The notes below the pieces were generated by a model. It was not told the DNA's origin, ran no database searches, and was given only the letters and a program-made list of their open reading frames with translations. This document shows positions 37,701 to 59,895 of a DNA stretch of 64,000 nucleotides, in pieces (position 1 is the stretch's first letter; each line of letters opens with the position of its first letter). Where the stretch lies: positions 8,246,001-8,310,000 of the forward strand of contig CATNEN010000039.1 of NCBI GenBank assembly GCA_950097015.1, given 5' to 3'. Made by a program: the position numbers and the translations under genes. Source of the stretch: Macrostomum hystrix (lineage: Eukaryota; Animalia; Platyhelminthes).

Positions 37701-40700
37701 GAAAACCCGGAAACACTCCTAAATACAGAAGTCCCTAAACTCTCCTAAATTCTAGGAAAACCCGGAAACACTCCTAAATACAGAAGTCCCTAAACTCTCC
37801 TAAATTCTAGGAAAACCCGGAAACACTCCTAAATACAGAAGTCCCTAAACTCTCCTAAATTCTAGGAAAACCCGGAAACACTCCTAAATACAGAAGTCCC
37901 TAAACTCTCCTAAATTCTAGGAAAACCCGGAAACACTCCTAAATACAGAAGTCCCTAAACTCTCCTAAATTCTAGGAAAACCCGGAAACACTCCTAAATA
38001 CAGAAGTCCCTAAACTCTCCTAAATTCTAGGAAAACCTGGAAACACTCCTAAATACAGAAGTCCCTAAACTCTCCTAAATTCTAGGAAAACCCGGAAACA
38101 CTCCTAAATACAGAAGTCCCTAAACTCTCCTAAATTCTAGGAAAACCCGGAAACACTCCTAAATACAGAAGTCCCTAAACTCTCCTAAATCCTAGGAAAA
38201 CCCGGAAACACTCCTAAATACAGAAGTCCCTAAACTCTCCTAAATTCTAGGAAAACCCGGAAACACTCCTAAAAAATTCTTAAGTCGTGAAGTGAGACAT
38301 TTTCTGTTTCCGATATCAAAATGTTATTTTTTATCAGCAAGCCAATGACTGCAGAGTAAATAGACTCAGATTGTAACCTTAGATAATGGTTAGTTGATTG
38401 AGGTGAGTTGTATCACTAGACAGCATCATGCGGGCGGCTATCCCAAAGCTCTAACCTTTGTCAGTAATGCAGCAGTGGCGAGTTACGCGGCACTGCCTTA
38501 GCATTTTTTAGAAAGAGTAAGAGACACAATGGCCTTTTTTAATAACTAGAAGCGAATTCCTTACCTTAACGTCAACCTTTTTTAATTCGTAAATTTTAAT
38601 CTTCTTCATGTAGGTAAATGACAGGCGCAGAATCTCGCTAATGGCGTGCTCCATCACCAGCACGCAGAACAGGCAGACGGACTCATCTGATCGGTGGAGC
38701 ACGCGATGCACGCAGTCGAACAGGGCCACGGCAGCTTTGCGCTTCTTTCGCTGAGCCAGCTCACGCAGATCGTGAATGGTGTCCGGGTGCAGATTGCAGC
38801 TGGAGAACACCTGCTAGTGCGGTGCGGTTTGAGCAATCATTGAGCAGTCAATGCGTGTACACTAAAGTATAGAATTAGCGAAATCTAAAGTAATTCAGCA
38901 AGTGGAGCCTTTTAACGACAATTACGAAGAAAATAATGTGGGATTGGGAAGGGTGTGACAGGCTAGGTGAGGGTGTGACAGGCTAGGTGAGGGTGTGACA
39001 GGCTAGGTGAGGGTGTGACAGGCTAGGTGAGGGTGTGACAGGCTAGGTGAGGGTGTGACAGGCTAGGTGAGGGGCGTTACAGGCTAGTTGAGGGGTGTAA
39101 CGGGCTACGTGAAGGTGTGACAGGCTAGGTGAGGGGTGTGACAGGCTAGGTAAATGTGTGACAGGTTATGTGAGGGGTGTGCCAGGCTAGGTGAGGGGTG
39201 TGCCAGGCTAGGTGAGGAGTGTGACAGGCTAGGTGAGGGGTGTGCCAGGCTAGGTGAGGAGTGTGACAGGCTAGGTGAGGGGTGTGAAAGGCTAGGTGAG
39301 GGGTGTGACAGGCTAGGTGAGGGGTGTGCCAGGCTAGTTGAGGGGTGTAACGGGCTAGGTGAGGAGTGTGACAGGCTAGGTGAGGAGTGTGACAGGCTAG
39401 GTGAGGGGTGTGCCAGGCTAGGTGAGGGGTGTGAAAGGCTAGGTGAGGGGTGTGACAGGCTAGGTGAGGGGTGTGCCAGGCTAGGTGAGGGGTGTGAAAG
39501 GCTAGGTGAGGGGTGTGCCAGGCTAGGTGAGGAGTGTGACAGGCTAGGTGAGGAGTGTGACAGGCTAGGTGAGGGGTGTGCCAGGCTAGGTGAGGGGTGT
39601 GAAAGGCTAGGTGAGGGGTGTGACAGGCTAGGTGAGGGGTGTGCCAGGCTAGGTGAGGGGTGTGAAAGGCTAGGTGAGGGGTGTGACAGGCTAGGTGAGG
39701 GTGTCAGTCAAGAGAAGGTGGAGTGATGGTGTGTCAATGAAAGAGGTGTAATATGCATAAAAAGGAGTTGTGACAGGCACAGAAAAGTATATTTTTAGAA
39801 ATTTGTAACATTTTTGTTGCACTGGCAAATATTCGCGCAGCTATTCTTCACTAAACTCCTTAATTCATTGAGCAGCGGCAGAGGAAACGCAGAGGAAATA
39901 GTCTGAGGAACTGGAGGAAAAGGCCTGAGGAACTGGAGGAAAAGGCCTGAGGAACTGGAGGAAATGGCCTGAGAAACTGGAGGAAATGGCCTGAGGAACT
40001 GGAAAACATGGCCTGAGGAACTGGAGGACATGGCCTGAGGAACTGAAGGAAATGGCCTGAGGAACTGGACGAAAAGGCCTGAGGAATTGGAGGAAATGGC
40101 CTGAGGAACTGGAGGACATGGCCTGAGGAACTGGAGGACATGGCCTGAGGAACTGGAGGAAAAGGCCTGAGGAACTGGAGGAAATGGCTGAAGAACTGGA
40201 GGAAAAGGCCTGAGGAACTGTAGGACATGGCCTGAGGAACTGGACAAAAAGGCTTGAGGAATTGTAGGACATGGCCTGAGAAACTGGAGGAAATGGCTGA
40301 GGAACTGGAGGACAGGGCCTAAGGAACTGGAGGAAATAGCTGAGGAACTGTAGGAAATGGCTGAGGAACTGGAGGACATGGCTGAGGAACTGGAGGACAT
40401 GGCTGAGGAACTAGAGGAAATGGCTGAGGAACTGGAGGACATGGCCTGAGGAACTGGAGGACATGGCCTGAGGAACTGGAGTAAATGGCTGAGGAACTGG
40501 AGGAAATGGCTGAGGAACTGGAGGAAATGGCTGAGGAACTGGAGGAAATGGCTGAGGAACTGGAGGACATGGCCTGAGGAACTGGAGGAAAAGGCCTGAG
40601 GAACTGGAGGAAAAGGCCTGAGGAACTGGAGAAAAAGGCCTGAGGAACTGGAGGACATGGCCTGAGGAACTGGAGGAAAAGGCCTGAGGAACTGGAGGAA

Positions 40701-42308
40701 AAGGCCTGAGGAACTGGAGGACATGGCCTGAGGAACTGGAGTAAATGGCTGAGGAACTGGAGGACATGGCCTGAGGAACTGGAGGAAAAGGCCTGAGGAA
40801 CTGGACGAAAAGGCCTGAGGAACTGGAGGAAAAGGCCTGAGGAACTGGAGGAAAAGGCCTGAGGAACTGGAGTGAGCGGCATCAGTGTGGGGGGGGGAGA
40901 AATTTATCGTACCTGAAGCAGTCGCTCCTCAGCCTCGGCAATATTGGCAGGCGGGAAAGGCTCGCTCAGCACAACCAGTCGGTCAATCAGGTAGGCCTCA
41001 AGGTACTCTTGCGCATCTTCGGATATTGTATAGCCCGGGTCGTTTTCTGGCACCTGAGACAATGGGTGAAGCTACAGCAGTGTTAGACTTGCTGGACACA
41101 GTCGTATTAGAATGAAAGTTGGCTTAACAAGATGCAAATGAGATTAGAGGTGAGTAAGGTTGGGATACCAGCTGTGGATGATTTGAATATCATTTGTGAT
41201 GATTGGCCTAATGGTATATCAGGTGTGATCATTTGGATATCAGGTGTGATCATTTGGATACCAGGTGTGATTATTAGTATATCAGTTGTGATCATTTGGA
41301 TATCATGTGTGATTATTAGTATATCAGGTGTGATAATTTGGATATCAGGTGTGATAATTTGGATATCAGGTGGAATAATTTGGATATCAGGTGTGATAAT
41401 TTGAATATCAGGTGTGATTATTAGTATATCAGGTGGGATAATTTGAATATCAGGTGCGATAATTTGGATATAAGGTGTGATAATTTGGATATCAGGTGTG
41501 ATAATTTGGATATCAGGTGTGATAATTTGGATGTCAGGTGGGATAATTTGGATATCAGATGTGATAATCGTGATATAAGGTGTGATAATTTGGAACTCAG
41601 GTGGGATAATTTGGGTATCAGATGTGATAATCGTGATATCAGGTGTGATGATCGTGATATCAGGTGTGATGATCGTGATATCAGGTGTGATGATCGTGAT
41701 ATCAGGTGTGATGATCGTGATATCAGGTGTGATGATCGTGATATCAGGTGTGATGATCGTGATATCAGGTGTGATGATCGTGATATCAGGTGTGATGATC
41801 GTGATATCAGGCGTGATGATCGTGATATCAGGTGTGATGATCGTGATATCAGGTGTGATGATCGTGATATCAGGTGTGATGATCGTGATATCAGGTGTGA
41901 TGATCGTGATATCAGGTGTGATGATCGTGATATCAGGTGTGATGATCGTGATATCAGGTGTGATGATCGTGATATCAGGTGTGATGATCGTGATATCAGG
42001 TGTGATGATCGTGATATCAGGTGTGAAGATCGTGATATCAGGTGTGATGATCGTGACATCAGGTGTGATGATCGTGATATCAGGTGTGATGATCGTGGTA
42101 TCACGTGCGAAAATGTGGCTTTTGGATATTGAAACCAAGACATCAGACTTACCTTTTCTTTAAACAGGCGGCACAATGCGACCTTTAAACGGCCTTTAAG
42201 CTGCCTCCGAATAGCGTCAACAATGGCGGCGGAGGCGGCGGACGAGGCCGCCAAGGACAACTGCGACGGGTACCGCGAGGCGCCGCCGCCGCCTCCGCCG
42301 AAGCTCAT
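23769..42308 (-). CDS. sos: Son of sevenless homolog (histone fold, DH, PH, REM, CDC25 RasGEF, Pro-rich tail)
   Basis: 14 phase-consistent GT-AG exons: 42308-42153, 41053-40913, 38810-38565, 36960-36571, 36079-35343, 33343-33036, 30897-30729, 30271-30191, 29387-28881, 27927-27582, 26992-26840, 26400-26092, 25268-24767, 24028-23769. SOS motifs: [52 protein letters not shown], and [16 protein letters not shown]3 ligands. Confidence 0.93.
24549..24742. repeat. ~30-bp minisatellite (GGGATAATTATAGACTGTGGGGATAAGGAT)
   Basis: Tandem units in last SOS intron. Confidence 0.88.
25330..25990. repeat. 30-bp minisatellite (GGGGTGTCAGCAGCCATCTTTATGGTGTCA)
   Basis: Tandem units in SOS intron 12. Confidence 0.94.
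26405..26758. repeat. 22-bp minisatellite (GTGAGATTTGGTGAGACTGTGA)
   Basis: Tandem units in SOS intron 11. Confidence 0.92.
27975..28755. repeat. Degenerate ~62-bp tandem repeat (GGGATTCCCCAACCTGAGATTTCCTGG..CTTAAATATCCTCG)
   Basis: Diverged tandem units in SOS intron 9. Confidence 0.8.
29405..30140. repeat. 26-bp minisatellite (TCCTATCCTCCCTGATGCTTCAGGAA)
   Basis: Tandem units in SOS intron 8. Confidence 0.95.
30363..30715. repeat. Degenerate GACAGGT(A/G)AAA repeat
   Basis: Repeated motif in SOS intron 7. Confidence 0.75.
31435..31970. repeat. (GACA)n-based compound microsatellite
   Basis: GACA runs with CACCCAG interruptions. Confidence 0.93.
33425..33595 (+). mobile_element. SINE family B, partial
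   Basis: GAGCTCGATTCCGCGG..GAGAAGGCTTGGGGG..GAGGGCCAACCTCCAAGG..CAGATGTACAC. Confidence 0.75.
33603..35300. repeat. 25/27-bp minisatellite (CAGCCTTCACAGTGAGTGGTGACTG)
   Basis: Tandem units in SOS intron 5. Confidence 0.97.
36241..36440 (+). mobile_element. SINE family B, internally deleted
   Basis: Matches both the 5' and 3' ends of 10045-10376. Confidence 0.8.
37570..38275. repeat. 55-bp minisatellite (TAAACTCTCCTAAATTCTAGGAAAACCCGGAAACACTCCTAAATACAGAAGTCCC)
   Basis: About 13 near-identical units. Confidence 0.96.
38950..39705. repeat. 20/21-bp minisatellite (GGCTAGGTGAGGGGTGTGACA)
   Basis: Tandem units in SOS intron 2. Confidence 0.95.
39900..40872. repeat. 21/22-bp minisatellite (GGCCTGAGGAACTGGAGGACAT)
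   Basis: Tandem units in SOS intron 2. Confidence 0.95.
41215..42105. repeat. 21-bp minisatellite (GATATCAGGTGTGATGATCGT)
   Basis: Tandem units in SOS intron 1, with a divergence gradient. Confidence 0.96.
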
Positions 42309-42854
42309 GCTTCTAAGCTGCAATGTTACCGCCAGTGAATAACCTCGCCTATGGTGATTGTAGTGAGACTGCAAGCTGCGTTGGCTACCGATGAGATGCC
42401 TGTCACCGACTGCTGAAATCAAAGCAAACCAAAGGTGTATGGCCAGAAGACTTAATAAGATCCAATCCAATCGTGAGGAAATTTTTCTAACCAAGAGGAG
42501 AACACTTTTTGGAGTGACAACATTTTTGGGGTTCTTAATCCAAACTTTAGATAATTGGCCTGCGTTGGGGAATCGTCGATTGGGGGAACCCTGGGATAAG
42601 GTTGTGACTGAACATATACATAGCACGCCTAAGAAACAATTTAGAATTTTTATAAACGTTTGCGCACCTTTAGGAGGGGCTAGACTTTTTAATTTAATTT
42701 TTATTTTAAGTCTTTGTTAGAATGCGTGGTATTGAATACCAAAAAGACACCAATTAAAGGTTTTAAGACAGGACTGACACGAAAACGACTAGGTGGCAGA
42801 TGTTGATTCTAAGAAAACAGTTGTGACTAGACCTATTATATGTAAATTGTGGGT

Positions 42855-43362
42855 ATCAGTCGCTAATTTCTAAGAAAACTACAGGGTGTCAGACACTAAT
42901 TTCTAAGAAAACTACAGGCCCAGGGTGTCAGTCGCTAATTTCTAAGAAAACTACAGGGTGTCGGTCGCTAATTTCTAAGAAAACTACAGGGTGTCGGTCG
43001 CTAATTTCTAAGAAAACTACAGGGTGTCAGTCGCTAATTTCTAAGAAAACTACAGGGTGTCAGACACTAATTTCTAAGAAAACTACAGTGTCAGTCGCTA
43101 ATTTCTAAGAAAACTACAGGGTGTCAGACACTAATTTCTAAGAAAACTACAGGCCCAGGGTGTCAGTCGCTAATTTCTAAGAAAACTACAGGGTGTCGGT
43201 CGCTAATTTCTAAGAAAACTACAGGGTGTCGGTCGCTAATTTCTAAGAAAACTACAGGGTGTCAGTCGCTAATTTCTAAGAAAACTACAGGGTGTCAGAC
43301 ACTAATTTCTAAGAAAACTACAGTGTCAGTCGCTAATTTCTAAGAAAACTACAGGGTGTCAG
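42855..43362. repeat. 33-bp minisatellite (CAGGGTGTCAGTCGCTAATTTCTAAGAAAACTA)
   Basis: Tandem units. Confidence 0.95.
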
Positions 43363-44519
43363 AGGATAATTATAAGAACACAAAAACAAACATACTGAAA
43401 GCAGAACTCAAGCAGCGATAAATTAGAACATTTCCAGGGAATCGTTACCTCGAACTCCAGGGGTTCTGATCCAGGGCAGCCATGAAATAGGACTTAGTAG
43501 AACGCCAAGTATGCTAAGACTATTTAGAATATTGGCCCGTCCACAGTCAGTAGGGATCGCTTTTTATAACCCCTCCTAGGTTTGGGCAGTGCGTCCCATT
43601 TCCGCTTACTAACGAATAAAGGCCGAGATGGACAGGGTCTCCTCCCAAGCCAGACATCCCAATGTTTGGGGTCATAAAACATGGACTGGGAATAGTTGCT
43701 GAGGACATGTCTAAATCAAAATGCAGGATATTTAACTGACACAGCGCAAACAGACGTACATGTAGGAGACCATCAAATCCAAATGAAAACATATTTGATA
43801 TGTTTTAGATAAAACATATCTAAAACACATTAAGAGCGAATCTTAATAGGCAAACTAAAAGAGCAGCAATAGGAATGTATCGGAAAATATTCGACGCACC
43901 TGTGTGAGTATCAATTGGTAAATCTAGATGCGCATTTATAAAGACTAACAAAAATGCAATCCTCTAGAAGCTAAGATTCTTCCTAAGCAGGTGGGCTATT
44001 TGTCCTTCATGTCTACACCAAAGAAGCCAGAGTCACAGAATGAAGACATTGGCAGTTTTTTGGCAGACTTCGGGAGTCCAAAATGTGGGCCAGAAAATTT
44101 TTGGTAGCTAAGCAAGAGGAAATTTGGAGAAAGAGATTGGGGAAACAGACATGGCAAGCTTGAGTCTCCTAGACCTGGGACAAATGTAACGAGTTGTAGC
44201 CATTGGCTATACATTTATACAGTAAAGCTACTAAAGGAAAAAAGAAACTAAATATCCAAACTTGTTTTGCCAAAACACACTGGCTAGCTATAGGACAGAA
44301 TTGCAACTGAAGCAATGATGGAGTAGGACAATTTTTACTGAAATTGAATCCAAGTAAGTGTTGCCAAGTTAAATATACCTAAGGACAGGGTGTCCAAGAG
44401 AGCTTCTAACACAGGGTTAGACCTTCAGACTTATGACTGAAGACTGCAAGACACTAAATTTGTGAGTGCTTCAGTCCATTAAGTTTAGTAGCTGATCAAA
44501 TATAGGTCAAACAAGAGCA

Positions 44520-45075
44520 GAACATTTGGCGTGGCCCACAGCCAACAAGAAGGCAATTCTGCCCATTTTACTGACTCCTACACAGAGCAGAAATACTGAA
44601 AGCAAGCACACACTCATATAGTGTGTAAATCTGCATTGACTTTCTTATCATCAGGCAATGTACACTTTCACTGTGCCTTCAAGGCTGGTATGCAAGCATG
44701 AGAATTGCAAGACAAGCCCCCAAGCCTTCTCTCTGTGGATGCACCCCAACATACATGCGCAACCTCCCAAATCTTAGCCGGCTATGCCAATTCGTTTTTG
44801 CTCTATTTACGACTTAGTTTGCTCTCTTTTTCTCTCCCCTTTTTCCTTTTCTTCACGCCTTCCTTTTTTGTCCCTTGGTCCCTCTTTGATTTTTTTGCAC
44901 TTGGTTGATTGGTTTTTGCGACTTACCTTGCTTGGCCCTCGTTTCACCCAGCCAGTTCGGCCGGGTCAGCCGGGTGTTGCACATTTATGCACCCCAAATA
45001 AATGTGCCTTGCTACAGAATCAAGCTCAAGGACCTTGGTGCAAGAGACAAATTTGTTAAATGCTGTGCCACTTAC
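44520..45075 (-). mobile_element. Diverged SINE family B copy interrupted by a ~240-bp insertion
   Basis: AAGCCCCCAAGCCTTCTCTC and GGCAATTCTGCCCATTT (left piece); GGACCTTGGTGCAAGAG (right piece); insertion at ~44750-44987. Confidence 0.65.
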
Positions 45076-46652
45076 CTTTTATGATGATAAGAAAAAAATA
45101 TTTTTATTTGGTTGCTTTTAAGACATTCTACAACTTAAAATACATAGCATGTCTGTTAAAAATATTTGACAGGAAAATAAAGTCATGAACATGTTTATGT
45201 TTTAAAGCCTATTTTAGCCTATTTTAAAGACTTACCAAAATAATTACCATTATAACAATTCTTAGTTGAAATTAAATTTTTAAATAGCATAAAGGGCCTA
45301 GATGCAAAGATGTAATTTTCCTATATTCCCAAAATATCTAAAATATATCATATACGATGATATCATATATTTGGAATAAGATATTTGGAAAACTAATTAA
45401 GCATCAACATGTTAAATTAGGCTAAACAGGCCAGAGACCCAATAACTTACTCTTTGTTTTTATGCTTGCAATCTATAATCTATAGGGCCTATGTAACGAA
45501 AAATAGGGAATAAAATAGACAGACAGCAGCATGAAAAATCTGTCACAATTGAGTAGGCCTATGTTAGGCCAATGGTGACATTAGATTATAAAAATATGAA
45601 TTAAAATAAACCTGTCAAAGCAAAACAGACAGCTTTAGCAGGAAACAAGTTTAGGCCCCTAAGCCTAGCATTTTTATGGCAACCTGAGCATTAAATTGCA
45701 TGTGAAATGTGTTGCCTGTGTTGGCAATGTGAACTGTTTTTAGGCCTAGAGCAAAAAGGCAAGCTTTAAAAAGCACACTTGTTATTGAAATTCGATGAAC
45801 GCTTTTTACTCCCGTTACGCTTATTTTCGAACATCATGCGCTGGCTTTAAACTAGTATTGTCATTGGCTTATGCATTAGCCGCTTTACCTTCTTGATTGA
45901 GGCCTTCTGCCGACTACCGTCCCAGTCCATCGACTTTTTCGATGGAATGGTCCTATTAAATATTCTCTCTTATTTATTCACCAGAGTTTAGCAGGAAAAT
46001 CTTGTCCTTACTTTGGGCTTGGACTTATTATTGTTTTGGGTTCCCGAAAACCAGAATGGAAGGAGCAAACGAAACGCTCAAATACTGTTAGGCCTATGTA
46101 CCTGAACGCCACAGGTTTTCATCTAAGAAAAGCCGGTACTTTCTGAAGACAGTTTAACAAATATGTTTTAATTACTTGATAAATATTTGTCTATGCCTAT
46201 TTTTTAGGTTTAAAAAGTAACAAAAACTCTGATAGTTAACTTTACAGGCATTTTCCTTCTACATATTTGTGCGCGAAAAATTTAAAGTAGTTTTATTAAT
46301 TTTTAAACTTAGGAGCTTTTTACTTCGATACAGAAAATATTTAATCTCTGTTAAAAAAAGACCCACATTTTACTAAAACTAAAACTGGAGCCTTACACAA
46401 CTATTCTTTAAATTTCAAAATTTATACATTGGTAAGTATAAATAAATTCTTCATAATTCAACAACAAATATCATTATGCTTTGTTTGTACGTTTGGTTCA
46501 GCAAATAGTTCTAGCAAAGCGTCGTCGTTTCAAATAAAATATCGATTTCCCGTGCGTTAAACAGCTAAAGAAATCGCGAATAACTTTAAACTTATACAAT
46601 AACATGTTTTTTCCTCAGTTACACAGAGTCACATCAGTAGTTTCGAATCGGC

Positions 46653-56091
<9,439 letters not shown>

Positions 56092-57084
56092 GATTATTCA
56101 GCTGCTGCTCGTGGACGTTAGGCATTCGAGCAACCAAGCTTTGATAGGTTCAATCTTTTTATGTTTTGAACTCGCGCCAAAAACAAAAATGCCGTACATG
56201 TTCGAAAACTCTACAACACACGAATATAGTTAAAACTTTCTAATTGTTCTAGCAGCCGATAATTATGAACGAAAAACTTTTTATGCTAAAAAGTACATTT
56301 TAAAAGTCTGTATCTTATGAAGGAAAGAAAAAAAAATATAATCGTAATTTAAAATGCTTTTTGGCACGAATTTAAATTTGAATAACTTTAAAAATCAAGC
56401 GCTATAAACGTTTGTTTTATTTTCAAGCCACATGATTTATTGCTTCTTGCTAAATTGCTTTTGCGAACCAAAGTCAAATGTTTATCACGAATTTTTTACT
56501 CAATTTGAGAATTTCTCTTTTCGGACTTTTCAGTCACCTATCGACTTATCGATTAACAAACGCGTCTCTCTTTTTATTAGTTGCTGCACCAAAATCTTGA
56601 CTATATTTCTAAAAGCCTGCTAACAGTAGTGTGCAATTGTTTTTTTTTAAGCAGAGAAAGCTTGTACAAAACTGCTTTGAAGAAAAAAATCTTTTTTTTA
56701 AAAAATCTATTTTTAAAGTCTTAACAGCTTTATGAACTCGTGATTATAAGTGCCATATTTTATATTGATTTCAAGTCTAAAGCACGACTTTAGTTTCGAC
56801 CTTCTGATGTAACTTTTCCCAGCAGAACTTCTAGTCCGTCTAATCACAATTATGCTTTTGTAGCAAATGCTTCGCCGCAGCTGGAAAACAAAATATAAAA
56901 CTGTTTACTTCAACAGAACCTTTAGAACCTTAAGGTTAGCTTTCTAATTGAGCTTCTTAAATAAATTTATTTTCGTAAATAATTTCTTTATTTTTGAATT
57001 ATTGCTTTCTGTGTAAATGTTAATTTCGTTCTATAGGCCTTCAAGCTCTTTCTGGCTTTTAGCTGATCTCAGGTTTATTGTCAT

Positions 57085-57702
57085 CACAAACCTTTAGGTC
57101 ACATCAAGCCTTCAGGTCACATCAAACCTTCAGGTCACATCAAACCTTCAGGTCACATCAAACCTTCAGGTCACATCAAGCCTTCAGGTCACATCAAACC
57201 TTCAGGTCACATCGAACCTTCAGGTCACATCGAACCTTCAGGTCACATCGAACCTTCAGGTCACATCGAACCTTCAGGTCACATCGAACCTTCAGGTCAC
57301 ATCGAACCTTCAGGTCACATCGAACCTTCAGGTCACATCGAACCTTCAGGTCACATCAAACCTTCAGGTCACATCGAACCTTCTGGTCACATCAAACCTT
57401 CAGGTCACATCAAACCTTCAGGTCACATCAAACCTTCAGGTCACATCGAACCTTCTGGTCACATCAAACCTTCAGGTCACATTGAACCTTCTGGTCACAT
57501 CAAACCTTTAGGTCACATCAAACCTTCAGGTCACATCAAACCTTCAGGTCACATCGAACCTTCAGGTCACATCAAGCCTTCAGGTCACACCAAACCTTCT
57601 GGTCACATCGAACCTTCAGGTCACATCAAACCTTCAGGTCACATCAAACCTTCAGGTCACATCGAACCTTCAGGTAACATCAAACCTTCAGGTCACATCA
57701 AA
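57085..57702. repeat. 21-bp minisatellite (CAAACCTTCAGGTCACATC-type; period appears to be 18 bp, AACCTTCAGGTCACATCA/G)
   Basis: Tandem units between the convergent NCX and hb 3' ends; the hexapeptide ORF repeat TFRSHR indicates an 18-bp period. Confidence 0.93.
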
Positions 57703-57955
57703 CAGAGCAAAGTAATTTTCTTAACTCCAAGAAAACAGACAATTGAAATCAATTGTTGATATTGCTAATCACAAAGGTAAATATTTGATTTGGTATGTTT
57801 AGATTATTAGATGTGATGGCAGTTAAGGACGGCCGGGTAATTGTTAGGGTGTTCCAGGTGCGGTTAAAGCAAAATTGATTCTGGTACGGCTGTGAGAACT
57901 GTGGCTCGATGTCAGATTGCATGTCTGATCAGATTCGGTGCCGAGCCAAGATTCC

Positions 57956-58107
57956 TCAGGGCCTGATGGCTCCCGAATTTCCTGTGCTGGCGGCCACTGC
58001 GGCGGCTGCGGCTGCTGCGGCACCAATCAGGCGCCAGAACTCAAAGATCTCCTGGTTGATGTCGGACACGGGCAGGTGCGCTGTGAGCGGCTGCTGACGC
58101 TGTTGCC

Positions 58108-58138
<31 letters not shown>

Positions 58139-58863
58139 GTTATGTCCCCGCTTTCTCATGTGACTTAGCAGGGAGTGCCGGTACTTAGTTGAGTAGCCGC
58201 ACTCTGAGCATATGTGCTGCCGAGTTGGCGAGTGCGATTTCAGGTGCGAATTGAGCATGCTTCGGTTCACGCACCTGTAGCTGCAGCTGTCGCAGGCGAA
58301 TGGCTTCTGGTTTTCATGGTTGCGCACGTGGTACACCAGGTGGTGCCGGTGCTCGGTGACGAACTCACAGCTGGGGCACTGCAGGACTCGCTCCGGGCGG
58401 ATGTGGCTGAGAGAGTGCCGCCAGAACTCGGTCTGCGGAATTGACCAAATCAATCAAGGTTGTTATCTACTGAGAGATGGGGTCGAGTGGCACTTCAGTG
58501 GCCCTGAGCTCAATTCCGCGTCGAAGCCACATTCATTTTGGGGCGGAGCCACGGACAGAAGGCTTTTTGACTTGCAATTTACGTCCTTAAGGGCCGACCT
58601 CCAAGGTCCTCCATCTGTCCTGACTTTCTCGTCGTCAGGACAGATGTACACACCTATGTGAGCGTATGCTTAGGAGTCAACAGAATGGGCAGAACTGCCT
58701 CCTCTCTAGCTGCGGGTCAATTGTCACCAAAATCAAGTGCCATTGCCCGCAGCCCCCCGTGCAAATAATTATTATTACCTACTGAGAGAAAATTGTCAGT
58801 ACCTTGACTCCAGTTTCAAAAAGGCACCGGCGGCATTTGAATCGCTTGACGCTGGACATGCCT
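57956..58863 (-). CDS. hb: Hunchback-like C2H2 zinc-finger transcription factor (four central fingers); 5' exons uncertain
   Basis: Exon ~58863-58803 ([19 protein letters not shown]) splices in phase 0 to 58432-57956 ([81 protein letters not shown]). This closely matches the Hunchback finger signature CPFVTEYKHHLEYH..CVNKSMLNSH..YATKYCHS. A possible upstream micro-exon lies at 59017-58985. Confidence 0.88.
58495..58776 (+). mobile_element. SINE family B copy in hb intron
   Basis: CCCTGAGCTCAATTCCGCG..AGAAGGCTT..CAGATGTACAC..TGCCATTGCCCGCAGCCC..ATTATT. Confidence 0.8.
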
Positions 58864-59895
58864 CTGAAATGTTCCACGTTCAGTTGAAAGTTTTCAGTCG
58901 ACACTAAGGCAGTTGTGCGCATCACAGAAACGAACACACTCTATAGCAAAACACACCGTTTATATTCCATTTTTTCTTGTTTACGACGCCTTCTTGGATG
59001 AATCGAGGTTTGATTGCCTGCGAGGCGAGAGAGCAGAAGAGAGAGATATCAGCAATTTCTCTTGCGAATCTCTGGAACCAATCCAAAAGTTGCGCAGCCA
59101 AAGAAAGGAAGGCCGCGGCTTCTGCGCCAGCGCAAACTTCAAACAAGATGAGAAAAAAGCGGCGCTAAGCTGATTGCCGGCCCTTTGCCCAATTCATTGC
59201 TGTTCTTTCGTTTGAACAAGTGAAATCGTTCGTCCGAGCGGGGCAGCGCATTTCAACAGGGCAGTTACGGCGGTATACTGCCATCAACCCCAGCCATCAT
59301 TCCCGGCTGCACCTGCGTCTAAATCTGTGCCGACAGCGGGACCCGCAACACTCTTATCAGTGCCGTGCTGTTGAATCGAAAAGAGAAACAAAAATGTATT
59401 TCAGTTTGATCAGCAGCCGGACCTGTGGAAATACCAGGCTGTGTGTTCAGTGTATGCGCGCTGTTTGTGTGGGGCTATCAAACATTTTCCTTTTTGAAAT
59501 CAAAAGTAGTAAAGAATGCAGTTGGACTTTTGTCACATTGTGTGTGCTTCTGTGACTGCGCAGATGCTGCATTTTTTAAACAGTGAGAAATAAAAGCAAA
59601 GAAACCTTCAGGCTCAGAACGAATCGGTTATTGAGTAGCTGTTGAGCAAGGCGAAATGGCCATGTTCTAGCAGAGTGATTTTTATTCTGCGTAGTGTTGT
59701 TTTAGTTGTTGCAAAATGTTTTAAAGCTTTGTTAATTTTTGTCCTGAATTAGTCAGCCTTCTTCAATTATTTTTATTGATGTGTAATTCAAACAGTTTCG
59801 GAGAAGGGGTGAAAAGAAGGTTTAAAAAAGAAACAAATGTTAAATTATGTTGTGCACACTCAGCTCAAACCAGGTTGTTTTGTTTTAAAACCACG

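Noticed and set aside
41107-42138. ORFs of ITPDITI / IRCDDRD repeats, and similar ORFs at 5601-6089, 7983-8981, 39154-40882, 51899-52799, 57078-57485 and 59865-61639
   Set aside because: All are translations of intronic or intergenic minisatellites; the neighbouring genes splice in frame without them
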